Assembly (NCBI GenBank): GCA_029261995.1
Contig: JAJDAF010000030.1
Coordinates: 28,671-92,670 of the forward strand
Origin: Candidatus Zhuqueibacterota bacterium
Lineage (GTDB): Bacteria > Zhuqueibacterota > Zhuqueibacteria > Oceanimicrobiales > Oceanimicrobiaceae
Direction: 5' to 3'
Length of the DNA: 64,000 bases
Under the pieces are notes generated by a model. The model did not search any database. It had not been told where the DNA came from and worked only from the letters and a program-made list of their open reading frames with translations. A program made the position numbers and the translations under genes. Positions 8,301 through 17,933 of this stretch are shown piece after piece (position 1 is the stretch's first letter; every line of letters starts with the position of its first letter).

Positions 8301-10094
8301 ATCGATACGGACACCTCACAGGAATTCCGCTGGAAAGACGTGGTCACGTTTGACGAATCCGTACCAACTGAAGATCGCGAGACCATGGCCGAGGCAATCG
8401 CCAGTCAACCGCTACTGCGCGAGGCCATATTTGTTCTTTCCGGCGGACGCCAGATTCCATTGCAGGAGATTCCAGCCAGCGGAATTTACATCAGTTTTCT
8501 CGGTGCGTTGCATGGCAAAGCCGTCTACCGGGCAGCCGTGCAAACCCACAATTACGGTCCCTTCGACGTCGCAATCAACATCAATCGCTCCCTCAGTGAA
8601 GAGCAAGTTTTGTCTGAAATCCACTGGCTTATTTGTGCCGGCAGCGGCGAATCCAACCAGCCGCTGGTGGAGGAATTTGGCGGCTACTGGCCGGAATATA
8701 GCCTTTGGACGGAAGAATTTGTGCCGGGCGATACGGTCGCCAAGTTCCTTAGGAGGCTGCACCGGCAGAAACCACAGCGTGGACAGAACCGGGCCCTGCA
8801 GCTCTGGCCTTCGTTCGTTTGGAGCGGCCTGAGCGCCTACGTCGATTTCTGGAATCGAAGCGGACGCCGGCTGTTGATTGCGGATCCGACGCCAGACAAT
8901 GTCATCGTCCCGGCGCACGATTTTCAGATTGGCTTTCGCATCGTCTCGATTTCGTCCCGAAAGTCATTCGGCAATCTGTTGGACATGATGCTCGGCTTCC
9001 GCCACCATTTCGTGCAATCCGCTGAGAAGGAGCATCCTTCCCTTGCCGGCAAGTGCTCGTGGCACGTCATCTTCTCGGCTTTTCTCGAGATTCTGGGAGA
9101 AACAGAGGGAATCGCGCTTTTCGAAGAGGCCTTGAACACGGCGCCATCGGCCGCACCTGAAACAGGGCAGGCAGAGTTGTGCGAAGAACTGCGGGAATTT
9201 ATCGGCTCGGTAAGAAAACTGGGATATCGGCCTGAAAGACTGCACTTCGCGATTCAACGGTTCAACAGATGGCACGCGCTCAATCCTGCCGCCACTCCCG
9301 AGGCCCGCATGCAGACCATGCGGGATATTTACACAACTTACATCCTGGCCAAAGTAGACAAAACCTACCCGGGCGCACGCATCCAGTTCTATCGTGACAC
9401 CGCCTTTGCGCAGAGCAACAAAAAAGTTATCGACGGTCTCAATCGTGTGCTACGCAAACTCAAAGCCAATCAGTTGGAGAAATATGAACTGCCGGAGCAG
9501 TTCGCGCAACTGCGCAACGACACAGAATTCAGTGATGAAGAGGAGTACTTCCTCACCCGGCTGTCCTACCCGCATCTGGGAGCGCAGGCCAACGCACAAT
9601 TCATCGCGTTGACCAAGGATGGCGCCGAGCGAACCGCACTGGTGGTTTTCATCGGAGACAGCGAAGGCAGGCAACTTGCGATCCGCAAGCCTGCCAATCC
9701 TAAGGAAGTGGCCAAGCTGCACCGGTTGTTCACCAGCGCGAAACTTCCGGTGGAGTTTCAACCCGGACATCAGTTTCTGGTTGTGCTCAACCCGAGGGGT
9801 CACGTGGTCGGCGGCATGTTCTACCGGCAGGTGGCCACCACGCATGTTCACATCGAAAAGATCGTTGTGCAGGAGCGCCATCGACGAAAAGAAATCAGTG
9901 ACGGGCTGCTGAACGAACTCTTCAACCGCCTGCGCAGTCGAGGAGTTGAGATTGTTACCGTAGGATACCTGCGGCCACAATTCTTCTACAAGTTCGGCTT
10001 TAAAATCGACCACCGCTACGGAAACATGGTCAAACGGCTGGACGAGGAGACCGAGCCGCTTACCCCGGTGGAGCTGGAGCAATTCCTGGATTAG
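5331..10094 (+). CDS. Multidomain protein: long-chain acyl-CoA synthetase-like AMP-binding domain, helical region, kinase-like segment and C-terminal GNAT
   Basis: MYTSGTTEMPKG, LPLFH, GFGMTEA, GWLRTGD, IIDRKKE and SPQKIE adenylation motifs. C-terminal HIEKIVVQERHRRKEIS...FFYKFGF resembles GNAT. Confidence 0.85.
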   Translation: MATVDLKSQTGQLDPDSIGDLLQILDERGAASIKTARELELDTLFEVGRRLVGDVQKCTGEECQAAESRLLRFLSVARRPGLLTRIAGDERQDEWFALVLDAIIACNFTTGKLFLQRVGEYGNKTVFKTLTRRNVADTSWSQLRQHVFAVAKGLMALSEEYGAAGARCRAAILSENTLDMVAFDLACLTCGFVNVPLPVNATPQTIRFILDHSHSDLVFISKDGRLAEFMGTRGQLKHLKLTIALNTSKPLDDDDLISYDEFLHKGDHLPDSAVIDAIEAVGIDDLATIMYTSGTTEMPKGIKFSQRNIVSKRFARAIALPEIGDQDRFLCYLPLFHTFGRYFEMMGAIFWGATYIFIDNTKIETIIDNMRLTGPTVFISIPRKWIQLYEKISERIDVENAETATAASVVRDITGGRLKWGLSAAGYLDPDIFRFFQECGTEIMSGFGMTEATGGITMTPPSGYRENSVGVALPGIELKLAKDGEMLIRGPYVTIGYLDDEHSGLEDGWLRTGDIFKQDSQGFYEIIDRKKEIYKNVQGETISPQKIENLFSDFEAIKRVFLVGDHREFNTLLIHPNYDFGEVNLRKMNKDKLKEFFGSFVVTVNQFLAAYERIVNFALIDRDFEAERGELTAKNTYKRKEIEKNFASVVDDMYAKDFAPLTIDGFEIRIPAWFLREKGLTADDLKIAGSKLMLARTQSHLQVKRLSRSSCCQMQIGDFVYQTSKPFLNLSAIIRDASLLIGNIELAEFVGRETLRRSRPRRALDDISLMPAAADGLSAETPREIERLLAANELTVFGIHLAARVLQSRQEKPGLEAIDYLEAVILDRSEKTLEFARLVLLRTFGSASAAIKRRAFCVLVTTEKRDLLTPVLNRFLLTEHNTLNADLIDRLSKHDFSRDQLRSVLNYVSECLQKIERGEEKPSRYPIRELLKLVTFYGINHPVSYKAIRAELVRWHLNIDDRSLKKQAYDCLQALLQGFRGWLGANPQVAIDTDTSQEFRWKDVVTFDESVPTEDRETMAEAIASQPLLREAIFVLSGGRQIPLQEIPASGIYISFLGALHGKAVYRAAVQTHNYGPFDVAININRSLSEEQVLSEIHWLICAGSGESNQPLVEEFGGYWPEYSLWTEEFVPGDTVAKFLRRLHRQKPQRGQNRALQLWPSFVWSGLSAYVDFWNRSGRRLLIADPTPDNVIVPAHDFQIGFRIVSISSRKSFGNLLDMMLGFRHHFVQSAEKEHPSLAGKCSWHVIFSAFLEILGETEGIALFEEALNTAPSAAPETGQAELCEELREFIGSVRKLGYRPERLHFAIQRFNRWHALNPAATPEARMQTMRDIYTTYILAKVDKTYPGARIQFYRDTAFAQSNKKVIDGLNRVLRKLKANQLEKYELPEQFAQLRNDTEFSDEEEYFLTRLSYPHLGAQANAQFIALTKDGAERTALVVFIGDSEGRQLAIRKPANPKEVAKLHRLFTSAKLPVEFQPGHQFLVVLNPRGHVVGGMFYRQVATTHVHIEKIVVQERHRRKEISDGLLNELFNRLRSRGVEIVTVGYLRPQFFYKFGFKIDHRYGNMVKRLDEETEPLTPVELEQFLD

Positions 10095-10107
10095 CAAACC
10101 GTGTGGT

Positions 10108-10141
10108 CCGCATCAGCATTGACCGGGAATTTCTGATGCGG
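10108..10141. terminator. Hairpin between convergent genes
   Basis: CCGCATCAG...CTGATGCGG 9-bp stem in the 48-bp gap; no clear U-tract. Confidence 0.4.
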
Positions 10142-10142
10142 T

Positions 10143-11393
10143 TCACCAGCGCCTGGTGGCGTTCTCAACCACGCGTACGGTATCGCGCGCAATCAGCAGT
10201 TCTTCGTTTGTCGGAAAGACAAAGGCCTTGAGCGTGCTCGACTCCTTGGAAATGCAGGCACTTTCTCCACCGCTGGTTTTATTGTTTTTTCTCTTGTCGA
10301 GATTCAAACCAATACTTTCCAGGCCTGCGCTGATGCGTTCGCGGATGACGGGTGAGTTTTCTCCAATGCCTCCAGTGAAGACAAGCGCATCGACCTTGCC
10401 GGCCATCTCAACAAAATAAGAGCCAATGTATTTGCGGACACGCCGACAGAATATATCGATGGCCAACTTGGCACGGCGGTCCTGATTCTCAGCCTCCTCT
10501 TCGAGCAACTCCCGCATGTCGTTGGTCAAGCCGGAAATTCCAAGTAAACCGGAGCGTCTGTTCAACATGGTATCGATCTCGCCGAAACTCAGCCCTTCCT
10601 TGTGGTGCAGGAAATCCAGGATCGAAGCATCGATATCGCCTGGCCGTGTCCCCATCACCAAGCCCTCCAGGGGCGTGAACCCCATCGAGGTATCAAACGA
10701 CTCGCCCTTCCGGACGGCGCAGGCAGAGCAGCCGTTGCCAAGGTGAAGGGAAATGATGTTGACCTGCTGCAATTTCAAGTCGTGTTCCCGGCGGTAGCGG
10801 TAGGCGATGTAGCGGTGAGATGTGCCGTGAAAGCCGTAGCGCCGTATTTTGTAGCGCCGGTAGAGCGGATACGGAAGCCCGTACAAATACGAAGACTCCG
10901 GCATGGTTGAATGAAACGAGGTATCAAAGACCGCCACCTGGGGTACGGCCTCCCCAAGAAGCTCCGTGACGGCGCTGATGCCTTTGAGATTGGCCGGATT
11001 GTGCAGTGGCGCCAGCTCGATGCAATCCTCAACGCCGCTGATGATCTCTTCATTGATCCGTACCGAGCGGCTGAATTTCTCGCCGCCGTGCACCACGCGA
11101 TGGCCAACCGCGTGAACATCGGACAGCGACTGAATCTGGTGGATATTTGAGCCTGGCGAAATGATCCAACGCAAGATGAAATCGATGGCCGCCCGGTGGT
11201 CCCGCAGAGGTGCGTCCTGCTTAATCTTCTTTTGGTCACCGCCTTGCAGTGTGATGAGAGAATGGCTGCCAACGCGCTCCAGAACCCCACGCGCAAGACA
11301 CTTGTCCGTGTTGGTTTCGATCTGCTCGAGACTGGTATCGATAATTTGAAACTTGACTGAAGATGAGCCGCAGTTGAGTACTAATATATTCAT
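10143..11393 (-). CDS. ackA: Acetate kinase
   Basis: MNILVLNCGSSSVK, GHRVVHGG, LAPLHNP, VFDTSFH, RYGFHGTSH, HLGNGCS, SMGFTPLEG, FTGGIGENS, PTNEEL. Start at 11393. Confidence 0.96.
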   Translation of the reverse strand: MNILVLNCGSSSVKFQIIDTSLEQIETNTDKCLARGVLERVGSHSLITLQGGDQKKIKQDAPLRDHRAAIDFILRWIISPGSNIHQIQSLSDVHAVGHRVVHGGEKFSRSVRINEEIISGVEDCIELAPLHNPANLKGISAVTELLGEAVPQVAVFDTSFHSTMPESSYLYGLPYPLYRRYKIRRYGFHGTSHRYIAYRYRREHDLKLQQVNIISLHLGNGCSACAVRKGESFDTSMGFTPLEGLVMGTRPGDIDASILDFLHHKEGLSFGEIDTMLNRRSGLLGISGLTNDMRELLEEEAENQDRRAKLAIDIFCRRVRKYIGSYFVEMAGKVDALVFTGGIGENSPVIRERISAGLESIGLNLDKRKNNKTSGGESACISKESSTLKAFVFPTNEELLIARDTVRVVENATRRW

Positions 11394-11634
11394 AACAACT
11401 CCCGAATGACGCTTATTAAGTAGAGCGATGTTTGACAAATCGACTACATAATAGCAAAAAATCATTAAGGGGCAATAAAATAAAAAGGCAGGCGCATTTT
11501 TAATGCAACCTGCCCTGTGGCAGCACATGATTTTCAGTTCAAGAGCCGGAGTCCGGAGCCAAAATGAACCCTGAATCTGCTATGAACTCGCACTCCGCCG
11601 ATTCGCTCTACACGCTACGCTCCACGCTTCGCAT

Positions 11635-12372
11635 TTATTTGTTGGCAAGCTCATCCAACCGCTTCTTTGCGCGGCGGTTGTTCGGCTGAAGCTCAAGCGC
11701 TTTCGTAAAATGCTTGATGGCCATTTGCGTGTCCCCTTTCTCTGCGAACGCTTCGCCAAGCGTATGGTAAGTCATGCCAGACTCCGGATAGAACTCGATA
11801 TTGAGCTTAAGAAAGGCGATGGCCGCGTTCATATCATCAAGCTGACTGGCGAGGCCAACCAGCGGCCGCTCCCTGAAGTCGAAAGAGAAGCCACCATAAT
11901 TTTGTTCGCGCAACTCGCGATATTTGGCAATGGCCGCATCCAGGCCGCTTTCGTTTAGTGTCCGGGTCAGGGTCTGTGCCAGAGTGAACGGCTTCGCCTG
12001 CCCGTGGTGGCAGGTCGCGCAATTAACAGAGAGTGGCGCACGCTGGTCGTCCGGCAGCAGGCTGAGAAAATGCTGGTTGATTTGATTGCGCATTCGCATC
12101 ATGACTCTGGCGGTTTCTTTCGCGTCCTTCTCGTCAGAAGCAAAGTCAAAGGTGGACAGCGGCTGGCCCTCTTCGCCGACATGACAGTGGCTGCAGCGCA
12201 CGCCCATTCCGATAGCGAAGGAGCGCATGTTTGACATCAACTCCTGTTTTGTGACTTCCTTCGGCAAGACCTGCAGGTTTGTGAAGGTGTCGGGAACCTG
12301 GGCGGAAAGCGTACCGGCAACAACAAGGCTGAAGAGCAAACTGGCTTTCAGATTCGCACGGCGTAGACTCAT
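11635..12372 (-). CDS. Exported diheme c-type cytochrome (reaction-centre cytochrome c-like) with C-terminal TPR
   Basis: Signal peptide; NLQVLP, M...GVRCSHCH and VNCATCHHG (2 CxxCH); TPR-like C-terminus. Confidence 0.82.
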   Translation of the reverse strand: MSLRRANLKASLLFSLVVAGTLSAQVPDTFTNLQVLPKEVTKQELMSNMRSFAIGMGVRCSHCHVGEEGQPLSTFDFASDEKDAKETARVMMRMRNQINQHFLSLLPDDQRAPLSVNCATCHHGQAKPFTLAQTLTRTLNESGLDAAIAKYRELREQNYGGFSFDFRERPLVGLASQLDDMNAAIAFLKLNIEFYPESGMTYHTLGEAFAEKGDTQMAIKHFTKALELQPNNRRAKKRLDELANK

Positions 12373-12605
12373 AATTTTCTCCTGCGGTTAATAATACACT
12401 ACATTCCTGGTTGCCGGAATATAACGGAGCCACCCTGCGGCAGTTACGGTTTTGTGATGGATGGATGGATGGCCGGGACGGACGACCAGAGGAGCGGGAC
12501 GAGTTTGCCTGACGGATTCATCAGGCCCGCAGGTATTGAGTGATAGTTACGCGCTGTTTTTCTGAAAAAACGATTTGGCTACAAATCCGCTGTAGCAATA
12601 AACCC

Positions 12606-12640
12606 AAAACGCCCCCGCTGTAGAATCGTCGGGGGCGTTT
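12606..12640 (-). terminator. Intrinsic terminator of the beta-oxidation operon
   Basis: AAACGCCCCCG...CGGGGGCGTTTT on the minus strand, 13 bp after the stop at 12654. Confidence 0.75.
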
Positions 12641-12653
12641 CATTGTGGTTTAG

Positions 12654-14999
12654 TTAATTGCGCAGCGGTTTGCCCTTTTTGAGCATGTGCTGCATCCGGT
12701 CTTGCGACAATTTCTCGCCACACAGGCTGACGAAGGCTTCGCGTTCCAGATTGAGAACCGTCTGCTCGTCAACCGGACGGGTCGGTGATGCGATATCACC
12801 ACCAGTGAGCACCCTGGCCAGAGCCGCGCCAATGAGTCGGTCGTGCGCGGAGATCTTTCCTGCTTTGACAAAATCATCCAGTGAGGCATCTATGGCCAGG
12901 CGGCCACCCTCACCAGGCAGGACGATGTCTTTTCTCATCACCGGCGGCTGGTAGTTCGCTGACAGCGCCAGTACCGCTTGCTTCGCCTCAGACAACAGGT
13001 GTTGCGAATTCAGAACAATCCGGTCGGATTTTCTCAAATACCCCAGTCGCACAGCCTCCTTGGCCGAGGAAGAAACCTTGCCAAAACCGATGGTCTCAAA
13101 AGTTTTTTGAACCAGTGGAAACGGCCCGCTGCGCACTTTTTCCAAGGTAGCCAGATTGTTTAGCAGTACCCGCAAATTTCCACCGGCGCCCGGGATCAAT
13201 CCGACGCCCACTTCAACCAATCCGCAGTATAGTTCCGCGGATGCTACGACCTGGTCAGCAAATGCCGCGGATTCGTAGCCGCCACCGAGACACAATCCAA
13301 ACGGCGCCGCAACTACCGGATAGGGCGCGAATTTCAGGGCTTGAGTTACATCCTGGAAAGTCTTGCTGATAGCTTCAACACCCTGCCAGTTTTTGTCCTG
13401 GCAAAGCTGAAGGATCAACGCAAGGTTGGCTCCGGCGGAAAAATTCTGACCCTGATGGCCAATAACCAAACCCTTGAAGCCCTCGCGCGGCACAAGCTCC
13501 AAGGCCGTTTCAAGCATATCAATAATGGAGGCATCGATGGGATTCATCACTGATTGCAGGGCACTGTGAAATTCGAGATTGAGCACACCGTCGCCGATAT
13601 CCACCAGGCTCGCACACCAGTTGCGCTTGACTTCCTTGCCGGCCTTTTTAAGGCTGAGCAGGTCCGTGGATTTCTCATCCTGTGGGTATGGCACGTCTTT
13701 CTTTGCAGAGAGGTCATAGTAGACGGGGCCGCTATCGGAATAGCCATAAAAATGTTGTGCGCCGGACTTTACCAGGTCCGTGACCCAGGCCGGCACCTTT
13801 TTGCCTTCCCGTTCCATGCGCTTCACCGAAGCTTGCAGACCGATGGCGTCCCAAGTCTCGAAGGGTCCCATTTCCCAACCGAAGCCCCATTTCATGGCAT
13901 TGTCAACCGAGATGATGTCGTCAGAAATTTCAGGCAAGCGGTTTGCAGTGTAGATGAGCGTTCCAGCCAACAGCTCCCAGAAGAATTTTCCAGCCGCGTC
14001 ATCGCTGAAGGCCAGTGCTTTGATTCGCTCAGCCGTGGTGTGAAAGCTTTTGGCGACCCTGAATCCATCAAAGCGTACTTTCTTCTGCGGTCCATGCTCG
14101 AGGGTTGAGAAATTGATTGAGAGAATGTCTTTGTCAATTTTCTGGTAGAAACCCTGCCGCACTTTCTGACCTGTCATGCCCTTCTCCAGCATCTGAGCCA
14201 GGAAATCCGGAACCTTGAACATATCACGTTGCTCGTCATTTGGGCAGAACTCATAGGTATTGCGAGCCACGTGAGCGAGCGTGTCCAGACCCACAACATC
14301 CGCCGTACGGTAGGTTGCGCTTTTGGGGCGTCCCACCAGTGTGCCTGTGAGTTTGTCCACTTCTTCCACAGTCAGATTCATTTCCGGGGTCAGTTTCATA
14401 CACAGCATCATACCGAAGGTGCCGATACGGTTGGCGATAAAATTTGGCGTGTCCTTGGCCGTGACCACACCTTTGCCGAGTACATCTTCACAAAAACTAG
14501 CCAGGGTTGCGACGTGCGCTGAGTCTGTTTTTTCTCCAGCGACCAGTTCGAGAAGCCGCATGTAGCGCGGCGGATTGAAAAAATGTGTGACCAGAAAGCG
14601 TTTTTGAAAATCGTCAGCCATGCCATCCATCATCTTTTCGATGGAGATGCCAGAGGTGTTTGAGCTTACCGCAGCGCCGTCTTTCAGATGTGGCGCGATG
14701 CGATTGAACAGCAATTGCTTGATGTCCAGACGCTCGATGACCGCTTCAACCACCCAATCGACCTCGCCCAGGCGGCTGACGTGGTCGTCGTAATTGCAGG
14801 GTTCAATCAGGTTCGCGGTTCGCGGATTGTAGAACGGCGCGGGCTTGAGCGCAAGCGCGGCCGCCTTGCCTTTCTCGGAAATCTCTTGAGAAATATCGAA
14901 AAGCAGAGATGGAATGCCGGCATTCGAAAAGTGTGCCGCAAGCTGCGCCCCCATAACACCCGCACCCAAGACGGCCACCTTTTCAATTTTCTGAGCCAT
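12654..14999 (-). CDS. 3-hydroxyacyl-CoA dehydrogenase/enoyl-CoA hydratase (FadN-like)
   Basis: GAGVMG Rossmann motif, VEAVIE, SNTSG, HFFNPPRYM, FIANRIG. Crotonase part has FSAGANL, GGGYE and EVGVGLIPGAGG. Confidence 0.93.
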   Translation of the reverse strand: MAQKIEKVAVLGAGVMGAQLAAHFSNAGIPSLLFDISQEISEKGKAAALALKPAPFYNPRTANLIEPCNYDDHVSRLGEVDWVVEAVIERLDIKQLLFNRIAPHLKDGAAVSSNTSGISIEKMMDGMADDFQKRFLVTHFFNPPRYMRLLELVAGEKTDSAHVATLASFCEDVLGKGVVTAKDTPNFIANRIGTFGMMLCMKLTPEMNLTVEEVDKLTGTLVGRPKSATYRTADVVGLDTLAHVARNTYEFCPNDEQRDMFKVPDFLAQMLEKGMTGQKVRQGFYQKIDKDILSINFSTLEHGPQKKVRFDGFRVAKSFHTTAERIKALAFSDDAAGKFFWELLAGTLIYTANRLPEISDDIISVDNAMKWGFGWEMGPFETWDAIGLQASVKRMEREGKKVPAWVTDLVKSGAQHFYGYSDSGPVYYDLSAKKDVPYPQDEKSTDLLSLKKAGKEVKRNWCASLVDIGDGVLNLEFHSALQSVMNPIDASIIDMLETALELVPREGFKGLVIGHQGQNFSAGANLALILQLCQDKNWQGVEAISKTFQDVTQALKFAPYPVVAAPFGLCLGGGYESAAFADQVVASAELYCGLVEVGVGLIPGAGGNLRVLLNNLATLEKVRSGPFPLVQKTFETIGFGKVSSSAKEAVRLGYLRKSDRIVLNSQHLLSEAKQAVLALSANYQPPVMRKDIVLPGEGGRLAIDASLDDFVKAGKISAHDRLIGAALARVLTGGDIASPTRPVDEQTVLNLEREAFVSLCGEKLSQDRMQHMLKKGKPLRN

Positions 15000-15008
15000 G
15001 GTGACCTC

Positions 15009-16148
15009 CTATACGCGTTCGATGATGGTTGCGATGCCCTGGCCGCCGCCGATGCACATGGTGGCGAGGCCGGTTTTGGCCTTTTGCTGCTCCATCACGT
15101 TGACCAGCGTGGTCAGGATGCGTGCGCCGGAACACCCGAGCGGATGCCCAATCGCGATGGCGCCGCCGTTGAGATTAATCTTCTCCTTGGGCCAGCCAGC
15201 CTTCTCAATCACGTAGAGCGATTGTGCGGCAAACGCTTCATTGAGTTCAATCACGTCGATATCTTTGATGGTTAAATTTGCCCTTGCCAGCGCCTTTTCA
15301 GTGGCCGGAATCGGCCCCATGCCCATGCGGGTCCAATCGACGCCGGCGATGGCGCGCGAGACAATCCGGGCGCGCGGCTTGAGATCCAGTTTGAGCGCCA
15401 TCTCGTTGCTCATCAGGAGCACGGCAGCCGCGCCGAATGAAATTGGACTGCTGGTGGCTGCCGTGACTGTGCCATCGGCAAGGAAGGCTGGTTTGAGGGA
15501 TTTGATCTTTTCCAGGTCAGGTTCACGCGGACCTTCATCTCGATCGACTGTAGAGCCGTTGGCCTGGATTGCCATCACTTCTTTTTCAAAACGGCCATCC
15601 TTCCATGCTGCCAGTGCTTTCTTGTGTGAATCGACGGCAAACTGCTCCTGCGACTCACGACTAATCTTGCCGTCCCGCGCCAGGTTCTCCGCCGTTTCGC
15701 CCATCCCGATGTAGAATTTCATCTCTGCAAGTTTGGGATGAAAGCTGGGATTGAATCCGCCCATGGGGATGGCGAACATGTCCTCAACACCGCCTGCGAC
15801 GCCAGCATCGATATCCCCGGCGAGAATAGCCTGATCAACCTGATGTACGGCATCCATGGATGAGCCGCAGAACCGGTTCACAACTTTGGCCCCGGCCGTT
15901 TCAGGAATACCGGCCAGCAGACCAACGCCGCGCGCGATCAGCATACCCTGAGTCGACTCCGGGAAGGCACACCCCCAAACGATATCTTCCACCTTTTCTT
16001 TGGAAAACTTGGGATTGCGTTCGAGCAGGCCTGTGACCACCTGGCCGGACAATTCATCCGCACGAGTGCCAACCAACTTGCCGTTCTTCACACCGATGGG
16101 GCTGCGAACAGCATCGACGATAACCGTAAATCTATCCTTGTTTGACAT
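15009..16148 (-). CDS. fadA: Thiolase (acetyl-CoA C-acyltransferase)
   Basis: NRFCGSS, MGETAE, ELNEAFAAQ, GHPLGCSG, CIGGGQG. Confidence 0.93.
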   Translation of the reverse strand: MSNKDRFTVIVDAVRSPIGVKNGKLVGTRADELSGQVVTGLLERNPKFSKEKVEDIVWGCAFPESTQGMLIARGVGLLAGIPETAGAKVVNRFCGSSMDAVHQVDQAILAGDIDAGVAGGVEDMFAIPMGGFNPSFHPKLAEMKFYIGMGETAENLARDGKISRESQEQFAVDSHKKALAAWKDGRFEKEVMAIQANGSTVDRDEGPREPDLEKIKSLKPAFLADGTVTAATSSPISFGAAAVLLMSNEMALKLDLKPRARIVSRAIAGVDWTRMGMGPIPATEKALARANLTIKDIDVIELNEAFAAQSLYVIEKAGWPKEKINLNGGAIAIGHPLGCSGARILTTLVNVMEQQKAKTGLATMCIGGGQGIATIIERV

Positions 16149-16181
16149 ATTCAGCTCCTTGATTTAGATGTAAATTCCATG

Positions 16182-17933
16182 TCAGGCAGCATAAAGGTCT
16201 TCTGCAATCTCATTCTTGAGAGCAAAAATATCTGAATCCAACATCATGTCATTTTGAAATTCAGACCATTTGCGGAGAGCGGTCTTCAGGTAGTCGCCAT
16301 CCGCGCTGCCGGTAAGCACGTTGCGTGCCTGGCTCGCAATTCTGGCAACGCCCTCGGCGCACAGCGTCCGCACCACGGGCAGCCATTCATTTCTGACCGA
16401 CGCATCTTCTTGCTGAGAAAAGCGCGACAGCGAACTGCTGAGGACGTAGATATCAGTGAAAATGTCGCTGAGGGCAGCGCCCACCATTTGTCGATTGGTC
16501 AGGTCCTGCCCGAAAGTACTGATCGCCATATCAAATGCGTATACAGCCAACCGACGTGCGTTTTCAACGGCGTGCTTCTCCGCTGCGAGCAGATCGTCGG
16601 CCGTAGCCGCAGGTGGGCCGGGCAAGTCGCCGTCCCGGTGAATTTCTTTGGTTGATTCGCGAATTGGCAGGTCTTCCAACAACGCCTTTTTGAGAAAGTA
16701 GCCGGCGATGATCTGACGATTGATCTCGTTCGACCCTTCCCAAATCCGGTCGATGCGGGTGTCTCGCACCGCCCCGGCCATGGGGTATTCCTCAATAAAT
16801 CCATTGCCGCCGAAGATTTGCAGGCCCATGTCTGCCACGGCAGCCATGGCCTCGCTACCGAAAACTTTGACCATGCTCGCCTCGATCGCGTACTGCTCGA
16901 TCGCCGCCGCAACCTGGCGATTGTAGTCGGGGGCGCCGTGTGGAATCGCCGCAATGGCCTCATCGATCAGACCGATGGTTCGGTAGACGATGGAGTCAAG
17001 CGCGAATATGTCCACGACCATGTCCGCGAAATAGCCTTTCAGCATCTCGAAATTGCGAATGGGCTGGCCGAATTGCCTGCGTTCGCTGGCGTATTGCAAC
17101 GCTTCAGCCATCACCACCTTGCATCCACCCAAAGCTGCGGCGCCGAGCTTGAACCTGCCAATATTGAGAGAATTGAAGGCGACAGCGGCGCCACCGCCAA
17201 CTTTGCCCAGCATATTCTCGACCGGTACTTTAGCGTCTTCCAGGTAGACGGAACAGGTCGATGAACCCTTGACCCCCATCTTCTTTTCTTCAGGCCCAAT
17301 GGAAAGGCCAGGCGAATCGCGGTCGACCAAAAACGCCGTGAAATTGCCATCGACATTGGCAAACGTTGTGAAAAGCTGAGCCCACTCGGCGTTGGTGATA
17401 AACTGTTTCGTGCCGTTCAGGATGTAGTATTTGCCATCCTCCGACAGTTGGGCCGTGGTCTTGGCGGAAGTCGCATCAGAGCCTGCATCCGGTTCAGTCA
17501 GGGCGTAGGCCGCGACCCATTCCGCCGATCCGAGCTTGGGCAAATACTTCTTCTTTTGTGCATCCGTGCCGAAGAATACCGTCGGCAGTGTTCCGATGCC
17601 CGTGTGCGCGCCAAATGTGGTGGCGAAGGATGCGCACATCCCGGCGGAAAGGTTTTCGACGACAATGGCAGAGGTCACTTTACCGAGCCCCATGCCATCA
17701 TACTCTTCCGGAATGTCAACGCTGAGCAACCCCATTTCGCCACATTCGCGCAAAAGCTCGAGCGAGAGATCCTTGTTGTATTTCTCTATTTCTTGCTTGT
17801 TGGGTCGAATGCGTTCGCGAGCAAACTCTTCAACAGTCTTCCCGATTTCCTGCTGTTCTTCTGAGAATTTCTCGCGCGTGAAGGTAGGTTGTGTACAAAC
17901 AGGTGTGGTGAGAAAAGAACCTCCAGTTTTCAT
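16182..17933 (-). CDS. Acyl-CoA dehydrogenase (FadE/VLCAD-like)
   Basis: YALTEPDAGSDA, LNGTKQFITN, EKKMGVKGSST, RRQFG, QIFGGNGF, RIWEGSNEINR. Confidence 0.93.
   Translation of the reverse strand: MKTGGSFLTTPVCTQPTFTREKFSEEQQEIGKTVEEFARERIRPNKQEIEKYNKDLSLELLRECGEMGLLSVDIPEEYDGMGLGKVTSAIVVENLSAGMCASFATTFGAHTGIGTLPTVFFGTDAQKKKYLPKLGSAEWVAAYALTEPDAGSDATSAKTTAQLSEDGKYYILNGTKQFITNAEWAQLFTTFANVDGNFTAFLVDRDSPGLSIGPEEKKMGVKGSSTCSVYLEDAKVPVENMLGKVGGGAAVAFNSLNIGRFKLGAAALGGCKVVMAEALQYASERRQFGQPIRNFEMLKGYFADMVVDIFALDSIVYRTIGLIDEAIAAIPHGAPDYNRQVAAAIEQYAIEASMVKVFGSEAMAAVADMGLQIFGGNGFIEEYPMAGAVRDTRIDRIWEGSNEINRQIIAGYFLKKALLEDLPIRESTKEIHRDGDLPGPPAATADDLLAAEKHAVENARRLAVYAFDMAISTFGQDLTNRQMVGAALSDIFTDIYVLSSSLSRFSQQEDASVRNEWLPVVRTLCAEGVARIASQARNVLTGSADGDYLKTALRKWSEFQNDMMLDSDIFALKNEIAEDLYAA

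Noticed and set aside
12456-12472. (GATG)4 microsatellite as a phase-variation site
   Set aside because: Too short, intergenic, and not tied to an identifiable promoter.
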